From Chloroflexota bacterium (GTDB lineage Bacteria > Chloroflexota > Dehalococcoidia > E44-bin15), in contig DAOUOW010000003.1 in the NCBI GenBank assembly GCA_030626475.1, forward strand, positions 1 through 51,056: DNA of 51,056 nucleotides, given 5' to 3'. The translations under genes and the position numbers were made by a program. Numbering within the stretch: position 1 is the stretch's first letter; the number at the start of each line of letters is the position of its first letter. The notes beneath the pieces are model-generated. The model made no database searches. It was not told where the DNA came from and saw nothing but the letters and a program-made list of their open reading frames with translations. Positions 32,659 to 43,771 of this stretch are shown one piece after another.

Positions 32659-33300
32659 GTGGAAGAGCGAGAAAAACTCAAGGTTAAAATTAGGCACATC
32701 TTGGGAAAGAAAGTTAGATTTCTGCGCCGCCAGGGGCTGACGCCTGCCAACCTCTATGGACCCAAGACCGAGTCCATCGCCCTCGAGGTGGAGTCCCCTG
32801 TCCTCGAGCGCCTCATCGCCAGGGTGGGAAGGAACGCCCTGATCAACCTCATGGTTGATGGGGGCAAGAAGCCGAGACTGGTGATGATTCGCGATATTCA
32901 GCGCCACCCTCTGACTGGCAACTTGCTCCACGTGGACTTTTTCCAGGTAGAGGTGACCCACAAAGTGAGGACTGAGATACCGCTCATCTTCCTCGGCGAG
33001 GCACCGGCAACCAAGAAGGCCAGGGTGATGCTAATCCAGAATCTAACCTCACTCAACGTGGAAGGCCTGCCTACAGATCTGCCCCGAAGCATCGAGGTCG
33101 ACCAATCGATGCTGGAAGAGGTGGATCAAGTAATCCACGTCAGGGACATCGCCATCAGCGATAAGCTTGAGCTTCTTACTGATCCCGATGCAGTTGCGGT
33201 CTACCTGGAAGAGAGCCGCGTTCCTGTGGAGGAAGTGGAGGTAAAGGAGGAGGTGGAGGCTGAGGCTGAGGTTGAGGCAGAAGAGGAAACAACGGAATAA
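32659..33300 (+). CDS. rplY: 50S ribosomal protein L25/CTC
   Basis: LRRQGLTPANLYG, DIQRHP....LHVDF. Confidence 0.93.
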   Translation: MEEREKLKVKIRHILGKKVRFLRRQGLTPANLYGPKTESIALEVESPVLERLIARVGRNALINLMVDGGKKPRLVMIRDIQRHPLTGNLLHVDFFQVEVTHKVRTEIPLIFLGEAPATKKARVMLIQNLTSLNVEGLPTDLPRSIEVDQSMLEEVDQVIHVRDIAISDKLELLTDPDAVAVYLEESRVPVEEVEVKEEVEAEAEVEAEEETTE

Positions 33301-33318
33301 AGTGCTCGCCCTCTATTG

Positions 33319-34260
33319 TCATCGCTGGCTGGGCAGAATCGCTCCCACAAATCCCCTTTGCCCGCGAGAGAACTCCTCAGCGGACATCGCCCTTCTGCCT
33401 TCAAGCTGAACTCGAAGCAGGCCGAGGATTCCGTCACCGGTCTCCACCCCTAAAGCAGCGCCAGCATCGGGAGCTAGAGCCCTGACCCGCCCCGGCTCCC
33501 CCCTCCCAGGGAGAGCGATAGCCTCCAACACCTTGACCATCTTCCCCTGCCACCAGGTATAGCAACCGGGCCAGGGATAAAAGGCTCTCACCCGGCGCCA
33601 GATCTCGAGGGCGGATAAATGCCAATCGATTTCTCCCTCCTCCTTGGAAATAAGCTTGGTATAGGTAGCACCCTCCTCCGGTTGCGGTTGGGGGGCAAGG
33701 CTACGGGAGAGCCAGAGAGGCAATGTTTCTTGTAAAAGCTGGGTCGCTATTGGGGCCAGCTTCTTGGTGAGCGACTCTGTGGTATCCTGAGGCTCAATGG
33801 CGACTCTGCGCTGTGAGAGGATCGGGCCGCAATCAACGCCCTCCTCCATAAGCATGATGCTGACCCCTGTCCATTCATCGCCAGCAAGTATCGCCCCCTG
33901 CACCGGTGAGGGGCCGCGATGGCGGGGAAGAAGGGAGGGGTGAAGGTTGATGCAGCCAAAGGGAGGCAGGGCGAGCACCTCTGAGGGCAAGATGATGCCC
34001 AAAGCAGCTACGACAATAACATCGGGCCGCGAGTGAGACAGAGATTCCGTGACCCCGGGCTCTTTGAACCTGGGGGGTTGAACCACCGTCAGCCCATGTT
34101 CCAGAGCCACCCTCTTTACCACAGGGGGGGAGGGAGCACGCCCCCTACCCACAGGCCTATCAGGTTGAGTGTAGATTGCAATCAGCTCATGCTCACTACC
34201 AATAAGCCACTCCAGGATTGGCAGGCTGAACTCAGCGGCACCCATGAAAACGATGCGCAT
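33319..34260 (-). CDS. fmt: Methionyl-tRNA formyltransferase (likely start ATG 34260)
   Basis: MRIVFMG, TQPDRP, INLHPSLLPRHRGPSP. Confidence 0.95.
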   Translation of the reverse strand: MRIVFMGAAEFSLPILEWLIGSEHELIAIYTQPDRPVGRGRAPSPPVVKRVALEHGLTVVQPPRFKEPGVTESLSHSRPDVIVVAALGIILPSEVLALPPFGCINLHPSLLPRHRGPSPVQGAILAGDEWTGVSIMLMEEGVDCGPILSQRRVAIEPQDTTESLTKKLAPIATQLLQETLPLWLSRSLAPQPQPEEGATYTKLISKEEGEIDWHLSALEIWRRVRAFYPWPGCYTWWQGKMVKVLEAIALPGRGEPGRVRALAPDAGAALGVETGDGILGLLRVQLEGRRAMSAEEFSRGQRGFVGAILPSQR

Positions 34261-34584
34261 AATCACTCCCAATGACATTCTATCATTGACGAGCAGCATC
34301 AACAACCAAGGGGAATTAATCTCCAAAATAACATAAAATTGGATAAAGGGAGCAGTTTTAAAAATTGGGCATAAAATGTGCAAAAAACCCTTGACCGCAG
34401 GCTCAGTTTTTGTTATTGTTCATGGCGTTCCCGCGCAAATCTTCAAACTAGCCCATTGGAATAATACCGGACCTTTTCAAGTGTTAAGTGTCGGAGACCC
34501 GACACTTCCTCTTAGTGCCAAGAGGCACTCTCAGAATGGTGATCGAGGATTGCTATAGTTCATCTCCTAGGCTCGGAGGAGCTT

Positions 34585-35943
34585 GTGAATGTGAAAGAGA
34601 GGTCAGCCAGAGAAATTTGGGAGGCGGTGCTTGGGGAGCTACAGCTACAAGTGACAAAGACAAACTTCGATACTTGGCTGCGAGAAACTGTCGGCCTCGG
34701 TTATGAGGATGAGCAGTTTGTGGTAGGGGTGTCATCCCCTTTCGCTGTAGAGTGGCTCGACAAGCAGCTACATTCTTTGATCGAGAAGACCCTTATCTCG
34801 GTCACCGGGCATAGCCCAAAAGTTCGTTTCCAAATCCACAACAATGAGAATGGTACGATGAGCATAGGAGGCGCCAAAGCAAGTTCCCCAAGCCTTGCAC
34901 TAAGCACTCGGAGGACAAACACCTTCAACCCTAAGTATACTTTTCAATCGTTCATCGTGGGCAATTGTAATCGCCTGGCTCACGCAGCCGCGCTAGGGGT
35001 GGCGGAGAAACCAGGCGCTTTCTACAATCCGCTATTCATTTATGGCGGGGTGGGGTTAGGAAAGACCCATCTGCTACATGCTATCGGACATTTCGTTTCG
35101 GCAAGCAACCTGCGAGCGCTTTATGTAAGCACTGAACAGTTTACCAATGAGTTCATAAAGGCGATCCGGGAGAGGAAAACGGAGGATTTTCGCAAGAAGT
35201 ATAGAGGGGTAGATGTCCTCCTCGTAGATGATATTCACTTTCTTATTGGCAAAGAACAAACTCAAGAGGGCTTCTTTCACACCTTTAATGACCTTCATAA
35301 TAACAACCGCCAGATCGTGATCACCAGCGATCGCCCCCCGAAATCGATGCCCTTACTTGAAGACCGGCTGCGCTCGCGCTTTGGATGGGGGCTGATAGCT
35401 GATATCCAATCCCCAGACCTTGAGACCCGCCACGCCATCCTGCAGGCGAAGGCAGAGGAACAGGGGGTGTCTATAGGGCAGGATGTTCTGGATTTAATTG
35501 CTCGCAAAGCCCAGAAAAGCATTCGCGAGCTGGAGGGGTCACTCAACCGGGTCATTGCTTTCGCCAGGCTGACCAAGGCAGCCCTAACCGTAGAAATTGC
35601 GACTCAGGCTCTCACTGAGTTCCTTGATCCCGCGCCGCGGCGCAGCGTGAGCCCATTAAAAATCATCCGCACCGTAGCCAAATACTTCGACCTTGAGCCC
35701 GAGACCCTGAGGGGCAAGAGACGGGACAAGCAGATAGTCTTAGCCCGGCATATTTCCGTTTATCTCATCAGAGAGGAGATTGGGCAAGCCTTTGCTGAGA
35801 TCGGCAAGCAGCTTGGTGGCAGAGACCATTCAGCAATTCTACGCGGCTACGAGAAAATCGTTAACTACATCAATATCAGCCCTCAATTGCGCCGCGATAT
35901 CTTGGACATCAGAGAGAGCCTGTACTCTAAGACCAGTTCTTAG
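34585..35943 (+). CDS. dnaA: Chromosomal replication initiator
   Basis: NPKYTF, YNPLFIYGGVGLGKTHL, LLVDDI, RELEG, GGRDHS. Confidence 0.98.
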   Translation: MNVKERSAREIWEAVLGELQLQVTKTNFDTWLRETVGLGYEDEQFVVGVSSPFAVEWLDKQLHSLIEKTLISVTGHSPKVRFQIHNNENGTMSIGGAKASSPSLALSTRRTNTFNPKYTFQSFIVGNCNRLAHAAALGVAEKPGAFYNPLFIYGGVGLGKTHLLHAIGHFVSASNLRALYVSTEQFTNEFIKAIRERKTEDFRKKYRGVDVLLVDDIHFLIGKEQTQEGFFHTFNDLHNNNRQIVITSDRPPKSMPLLEDRLRSRFGWGLIADIQSPDLETRHAILQAKAEEQGVSIGQDVLDLIARKAQKSIRELEGSLNRVIAFARLTKAALTVEIATQALTEFLDPAPRRSVSPLKIIRTVAKYFDLEPETLRGKRRDKQIVLARHISVYLIREEIGQAFAEIGKQLGGRDHSAILRGYEKIVNYINISPQLRRDILDIRESLYSKTSS

Positions 35944-36264
35944 TCCCGCTTATGCACCGTGAGCCAAGCTCAGGCGACATAAAATCGTGCACAAATCGTT
36001 CCATTCGGTGCATAAGTGCGTGGAAGTGTGCACAAAATCTGGCCTCTTATGTTAACACCCTGCTACCGCGGTGTGTTCATCTTTTCCTCCATAGCCAGTC
36101 TGGATGCACTTTTGTGTCACCTCACATGCACCAAAAAGACGCTTATAACGCTCCCTTATTCACAAGATAGGCCTATCTGATAGTCACTCTGTGACTTAGT
36201 TATTATTAAGTATTATTATTCTTAAACTTATCAAATAATAGATAGATGATTTATAATAAAGTCA
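35944..36264. other. Probable replication origin oriC
   Basis: TTATTCACA at 36156-36164, several TGCAC-core boxes (e.g. TTATGCACC 35950-35958), AT-rich unwinding tract about 36197-36260 with TAGATAGAT; directly downstream of dnaA. Confidence 0.8.
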
Positions 36265-37539
36265 GTGAGAAGAATGATGGACACTGTTGAGGTCCGTGTT
36301 AGAGCTGGCGATGGTGGTGATGGTGTAGTGAGCTTTCGCCAGGAGAAGTTTGTTCCCTGGGGTGGGCCTGATGGCGGTGATGGAGGTAACGGCGGTAGCG
36401 TTTTTTTGGAAGCTGATGCCCGCGTTAACACACTACGCTGGTTTTGGAGGAGAAGGCATTTTCAGGCACAGCGTGGGGGGAATGGTGCTGGTGGGCGGAT
36501 GCATGGCAAGAATGGTGACGATCTGGTGGTGAGCGTGCCGTTGGGCACTGTGGTTTTTAACAAAGAAAGCGCTGGCGAGAAGCTTTTGCTTGCTGATTTG
36601 GCCGAGGAAGGGCAAAGGGTGTTAGTAGCCCAGGGGGGTCGGGGAGGCTGGGGCAATACTCGGTTTGTATCTTCCACCCGCCAGGCGCCACGCATTGCGC
36701 AAAGAGGGGAGAAAGGGGAGGAAGCCACCTTAATCCTCGACCTAAAGCTCATAGCTGACATCGGGCTAATCGGCTACCCTAATGTCGGTAAGTCCACTCT
36801 CCTCGCTTCAGCCTCGGCGGCACGCCCCAAGATAGCTGAGTACCCCTTCACTACCATAGAGCCTGTGCTGGGGGTGGTAGATGTCGCCAATCGCTCGTTT
36901 GTCCTGGCCGAAATACCGGGGCTGGTCGAAGGCGCTCATCGTGGTGTGGGCTTAGGCCATGATTTTCTGCGCCACGCAGAGCGGACCAAGGTGCTCATTC
37001 ACCTGCTGGACGGCACCTCCCGGAGCCCGCTTTCTGATATGCAAAAGCTGAATCAGGAGCTTTCGTTATATAACTCTATCCTGGCAGCAAAGGCGCAGCT
37101 GTTGGCAGTAAACAAGATCGATCTCCCTGAGGTCAAGGCGCGCATCCCTGCCCTTGAGCGAGAGCTAGCTTCCCTTAAGGAGCCCCTCTTTTTTATCTCA
37201 GCGGCGACCGGGGATGGCGTTCCCCAACTGATGGCCAAGGCCGCTGAGATGCTAGATTTTATTGCTGCCCAACCCCGAGCTGAGGCGGCGCCGGTGGCTG
37301 TGTTTCGCCCCCAGCCGAAAAAGGAGCGCATCTCGGTATCAAAGGAAGGGGAGGTCTTCGTCGTCTCAGCACCAAAGATTGAAAGCTTGGCCCTGCGAAT
37401 GGACCTCAAAAACCCCGAGGCACGCTCCTACCTCTGGAGGCAGTGCCAAAAAGCGGGGGTTAGCGCTGCGCTGAAAAAGGCGGGAGCCAATCCCGGGGAT
37501 AGGATCCGCCTCGGCGAAATAGAATTGGAGTGGGATTAA
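36265..37539 (+). CDS. obgE: GTPase ObgE/CgtA
   Basis: GGPDGGDGG, GYPNVGKST, YPFTT, NKID. Confidence 0.97.
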   Translation: MRRMMDTVEVRVRAGDGGDGVVSFRQEKFVPWGGPDGGDGGNGGSVFLEADARVNTLRWFWRRRHFQAQRGGNGAGGRMHGKNGDDLVVSVPLGTVVFNKESAGEKLLLADLAEEGQRVLVAQGGRGGWGNTRFVSSTRQAPRIAQRGEKGEEATLILDLKLIADIGLIGYPNVGKSTLLASASAARPKIAEYPFTTIEPVLGVVDVANRSFVLAEIPGLVEGAHRGVGLGHDFLRHAERTKVLIHLLDGTSRSPLSDMQKLNQELSLYNSILAAKAQLLAVNKIDLPEVKARIPALERELASLKEPLFFISAATGDGVPQLMAKAAEMLDFIAAQPRAEAAPVAVFRPQPKKERISVSKEGEVFVVSAPKIESLALRMDLKNPEARSYLWRQCQKAGVSAALKKAGANPGDRIRLGEIELEWD

Positions 37540-40068
<2,529 letters not shown>

Positions 40069-40148
40069 CTACCTACGCGTAAAGCTATGGCAGAGCTTCA
40101 CCAAAAACAAAAGTCAATTGCCGAGCAATTAGTGGTATACATTTAATT

Positions 40149-40177
40149 ATTATAGCACAAATTGGCGATTATGTGAA
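40149..40177 (-). promoter_or_regulatory. gyrB promoter
   Basis: TTCACA-17-TATAAT; only about 5 nt from the stop of the last phage-like gene. Confidence 0.7.
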
Positions 40178-40181
40178 GGTT

Positions 40182-40394
40182 TTAACTGTAAACCGCCACC
40201 AGAACTGCGTCCTGGGGGTTGGTCTCTTCGAAGAATATGAGGGCACAGTGGCGGCCGGTAACCATCTCAGAGGAAGGGATGTTTCTCGCCACCGGCACCC
40301 CTTCGAGCCAGACGGAAAGGCTGCCGGCAACCTGAACCGTTGCCCTGTAGGTTCCCGAATCAAAGCCCTTTATTACACCCTTTCTCACTTCCAT
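40182..40394 (-). CDS. Small putative OB-fold tail-tip/spike protein
   Basis: G.I..FD..TYRATVQ pattern; last gene of cluster, coupled to the previous gene. Confidence 0.5.
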   Translation of the reverse strand: MEVRKGVIKGFDSGTYRATVQVAGSLSVWLEGVPVARNIPSSEMVTGRHCALIFFEETNPQDAVLVAVYS

Positions 40395-42373
40395 TACACC
40401 CCTCCCAGGCGAAGCCTCTGCTCATAGCGGGCCTCGCGCCCTGAGGTGGAGTAGCGAAGCGTCATCCCCACCACACGCCGCCTCACCGAGGACAGCCCCG
40501 CCCGCTCATCGGTGATTTCGACCACATCGTAGAGGTCCTGCCCACAGTTTAGGGGCACCAGAATCTCGCCGCCACTTGCCGCTATCGCCTGCTCCCTGAG
40601 CTCGGCTTCGCCCCGAGCCTTAGCCTTGGCCAGTGTATCCAGATTCAGGTCGTGAACCTGACCCAGGCGGTCATAGATCTTGGCGATCTCATCCCAGTCG
40701 AATGTTTCTCTCATAATGCCATCGCCGTAGACCTGCACCCGATTAATCTCCTGGGTGCCAGAGGTATAGCGAGCCTCAAAGATGGCATGGTCGGTTCCAT
40801 AGCTATAGACGCTCTCCTCATCGGAAACGGGATTCTTTAAATAACCGCAGTCCCTGAGGAAGAAGAGGACATCGGGAACCATCTCCAGCAGGCGGCGCAC
40901 TGCTGTAGCGCCACTCTCCCTGGGGTGGATGGTGAAGGCGGGGTATTGATTGACCAACGCCTCGCTGGTGCTGAAGGCTGAGACTTCGAGCCCTGCCCGG
41001 GCAAGAAGGAAGGAAAGCAGCTGGAAGATGTTCTTCTCCCCCTGAGCCCAACTGAACTGTCGCCGTGCCCGCCAGTGATCGAGAAGCCATCGGCCATCGC
41101 GGCCGTGAAGCACAAAATAGGAGCGGCCGGCTTCGGAGACATATTCCCAGCTCTCGATCCAATAGGCAGGACCCAGGGAAAACTCGGCTCCAACGGTGGT
41201 TCTATAGCCGGGGTAAACCAGGAGTTCGGAGCCTGCTTTGATCGCGGCATAGTCTCCACTGCCAGCCTCCTTATAGCGTCCATCATCGTTGCGAAGCACC
41301 ACAGCAATCCTGCCCGAAAAAACCTCGGTCACGGCGCTAATCTCGACCACATCATCGGTGAGCTCCACGGCAGCGGGGGAACGCGGTGCCCGCCACACGC
41401 CAAAGGCGGTGCAGAGCCAGACATAGGAGTCATGATGGGTGATGGCTACGCCGTAGCTACTGGCGAGGTTGAATGGGACCGGCTCGCGCCAGAGATTGGA
41501 GATGAAATCGGCGGTGACTAAGGAATGAGACCACAGGGGGCGACTATAGACATCAGGCCCCTCATACTTCTCGACGAAGAAGGCTCGGAAAACGTCGGGG
41601 CATGCAAGATATGGGTAGTGAAATTCCACTCCTGAGCCGGCGCTGGAGAGGATGAGCTCGGCTAAAGGGGACCAAGTGCCCGGGGTGGCAGAATAGCCAT
41701 CGCCGTAGACACAGGTGCAGACCTTGTAGTTGTTGGAGCTGTCCTGTCCGCTGACAATTACGTTCCAGTCCCAGTGATAGACAACCGAAACCCCGCTAAT
41801 GGAGGCAAGGCTGTTGGTCCACGCCGCCCACGACCCCCAGTCATCGCCTACTCGCAAGCGTCGGTAGAGGATGCCCTGGGCGGCATAAAGGAAAAGGATC
41901 GTGGTGGAGTCCTTGTAGGCTACTGCGACCCGGACATCGAAAGCCGGGCCTGCAGTGGAGCCGAAGTAGCTCCACCCGGTCCAGTTTTGGCCATAATCGC
42001 TGCTGTGGCTCTCGGCGAGCCAGCCGTTGGCCGCAACGCGAAGACAGAATACGTGCTCGCCAAAGGAGGCCAGGGCGACGGCGTAGGTAGAATTAGACCA
42101 TAGCGTCCAGGAAGAGAAATCGCTTTCAGGGCCGGGGCTGGTCACCCGCTGCCGGTAGAGATTGTGGGTATTGGGGTCAACCCTGAGCCGCACCAGCGAG
42201 CCATCGCCGGGCATGGTGGCTGCATGGTAGAAATCGGGCTCAATCCCGGTGTAAAGGCGGCTCCAGATGAGCCGGGTGACCCCGCCCACCCTTTCCACCA
42301 CCTCCACCCTGACATAGGGCAGCCTGGACTCGCTCTTCTGGGCATCAAGCAGAGTGCTCGATAGATACTTCAC
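40394..42373 (-). CDS. Tail nozzle/hub-like protein (beta-rich N-half, baseplate-hub-like C-half)
   Basis: Trp/Ser/Tyr-rich beta repeats; C-terminal ESGATAVRRLL, INRVQVYG, PLNCGQDLYDVVEITD resembles hub proteins. Confidence 0.55.
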   Translation of the reverse strand: MKYLSSTLLDAQKSESRLPYVRVEVVERVGGVTRLIWSRLYTGIEPDFYHAATMPGDGSLVRLRVDPNTHNLYRQRVTSPGPESDFSSWTLWSNSTYAVALASFGEHVFCLRVAANGWLAESHSSDYGQNWTGWSYFGSTAGPAFDVRVAVAYKDSTTILFLYAAQGILYRRLRVGDDWGSWAAWTNSLASISGVSVVYHWDWNVIVSGQDSSNNYKVCTCVYGDGYSATPGTWSPLAELILSSAGSGVEFHYPYLACPDVFRAFFVEKYEGPDVYSRPLWSHSLVTADFISNLWREPVPFNLASSYGVAITHHDSYVWLCTAFGVWRAPRSPAAVELTDDVVEISAVTEVFSGRIAVVLRNDDGRYKEAGSGDYAAIKAGSELLVYPGYRTTVGAEFSLGPAYWIESWEYVSEAGRSYFVLHGRDGRWLLDHWRARRQFSWAQGEKNIFQLLSFLLARAGLEVSAFSTSEALVNQYPAFTIHPRESGATAVRRLLEMVPDVLFFLRDCGYLKNPVSDEESVYSYGTDHAIFEARYTSGTQEINRVQVYGDGIMRETFDWDEIAKIYDRLGQVHDLNLDTLAKAKARGEAELREQAIAASGGEILVPLNCGQDLYDVVEITDERAGLSSVRRRVVGMTLRYSTSGREARYEQRLRLGGV

Positions 42374-42726
42374 CCCTTCCCCCCGATCAGCGCCTCCAAG
42401 GTATGGGGAAGCTCCCTACCTGCCTTTTGGTAGTGGGAAGCAAGGTGCCGGGCGGCGTGAAGTATCTGCTCTGCGGTGGCCTCGACCCTCTGCCCTCGGT
42501 AGCCGCCGGGGGAGAGGGCCGCCACTGCAGCCGGCATGCGATCCCAGTCCACAGTCCTTTCGATGTCCAGCTTTCCTGCCAGTGCGCGGAAGATGGCCCG
42601 GGTATGGTGGGGGAGCTTCCAGGTCTCCGGGTCTTCAGGGTCGCCAACGATGGCGAATGCTTCTAAGGGCAATCCCCCCTTCAGTTTGCCCAGCCCGTTT
42701 CGTATCTTATCCTGTGCTGTGGTCAT
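42370..42726 (-). CDS. Phage-associated helical domain protein (WKLPHH family)
   Basis: AFAIVGDP..PETWKLPHH...AAVAAL...HLASHY. Confidence 0.55.
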   Translation of the reverse strand: MTTAQDKIRNGLGKLKGGLPLEAFAIVGDPEDPETWKLPHHTRAIFRALAGKLDIERTVDWDRMPAAVAALSPGGYRGQRVEATAEQILHAARHLASHYQKAGRELPHTLEALIGGKG

Positions 42727-42736
42727 TGTTTACCTC

Positions 42737-43372
42737 TTAAGGCCCCCAGTCGGTGGTTTGGCTCGCCCCTGGCTCATAGGCGCGGTAGAGGCGACGGGCG
42801 CGCACCCTGTTTTTCCGGCTGTGCCTGGCTAAGGCGCGGAGGAAGGAAGCCAAGCGGTCCTGTCCCCAGGTGAGGTAGCTTTTCCAGGTGGAGCTGCCGC
42901 CAAGGTTCACCCGATTGGTGGCAAAGCTGGCCCACTCCACTGCGGCGTAGCCCTCAGCCCCTACAGCCACCACATCCTCAAGGGGCGAGGGGAGGGTAGA
43001 GGTGGCTTCATCCAGGGTATGGAGCTTGCCGTAGTAGATATCTACCTCTTCCCCCTCACCCGGAGTTCTATCGGTGAGCAGGGTCAGGGTATCGCCCCAG
43101 AGGCTGAAGCGAATGTATTGCGGCGGGTACTGCCCCGTGGGGTACTCCACGGCCTCGATGGCAACCAGGTCGCTGAGGCTGGAGATGGAAAGATCTCGGC
43201 TGCCGGCGGTGGTATACAGGGCGGCCTTGGTCTCAATGGGAACGGCGATGCTCAACTCCCTCACCGCGTGTTCGATGTGGCGATTCAGCTCCTCATCTGT
43301 CCAGCGATAATTGTTGGCATCCTCGTCATGCAGGTCCTGGCGCACCCGCGCCCTCATCTCCGCCAGGTTCAT
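42737..43372 (-). CDS. Head-tail adaptor-like protein
   Basis: MNLAEMRARVRQDLHDED...RWTDEELNRHI helical start typical of connector proteins. Confidence 0.6.
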   Translation of the reverse strand: MNLAEMRARVRQDLHDEDANNYRWTDEELNRHIEHAVRELSIAVPIETKAALYTTAGSRDLSISSLSDLVAIEAVEYPTGQYPPQYIRFSLWGDTLTLLTDRTPGEGEEVDIYYGKLHTLDEATSTLPSPLEDVVAVGAEGYAAVEWASFATNRVNLGGSSTWKSYLTWGQDRLASFLRALARHSRKNRVRARRLYRAYEPGASQTTDWGP

Positions 43373-43535
43373 ATCTCCTCCTTTGCGGCGCTATCAACCG
43401 AAGCTCCCCTGCCCTACATGAGGGACACTCCCCTGCCTTCAGCTCACGGATTTCAGGGAAATGTAGCCTTGCCGTATCCTCGGTCATTTCAAAATCCTGG
43501 GTATAACCGCAATTGGGACAACTCCAGGTGGTCAT
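43326..43535 (-). CDS. Small zinc-ribbon protein
   Basis: CPNC...CPSC. Confidence 0.5.
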   Translation of the reverse strand: MTTWSCPNCGYTQDFEMTEDTARLHFPEIRELKAGECPSCRAGELRLIAPQRRRYEPGGDEGAGAPGPA

Positions 43536-43771
43536 GGCACCTCCTCTAGAGCTGGCATCGTTTCTGGAGTTATGTCCATTCCCTTCTCTTTAACCGCCAG
43601 CCCTTTGCCTATCGCGTGCTCATTTAAGCGCCTCTGTTCATCAGGTGACAGTTGTGGCTCAAACTCCAGGATTATCTCATCGCCTGATTGGATAATGGCT
43701 TGAGGCGCCCTGCCGATGGCCGCTTCCATCTCTTGCCAGATGTCTTGCTTGATGAGTTTGTATCGCATCAT
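43532..43771 (-). CDS. Hypothetical protein (possible fibre chaperone)
   Basis: Overlapping stop/start with fibre gene. Confidence 0.5.
   Translation of the reverse strand: MMRYKLIKQDIWQEMEAAIGRAPQAIIQSGDEIILEFEPQLSPDEQRRLNEHAIGKGLAVKEKGMDITPETMPALEEVP

Noticed and set aside
34261-34383. Extended N-termini of fmt (and of thpR, Schlafen gene, CARDB genes) in the ORF track
   Set aside because: Extensions cover promoters or DnaA-box DNA; downstream starts match family N-termini and SDs
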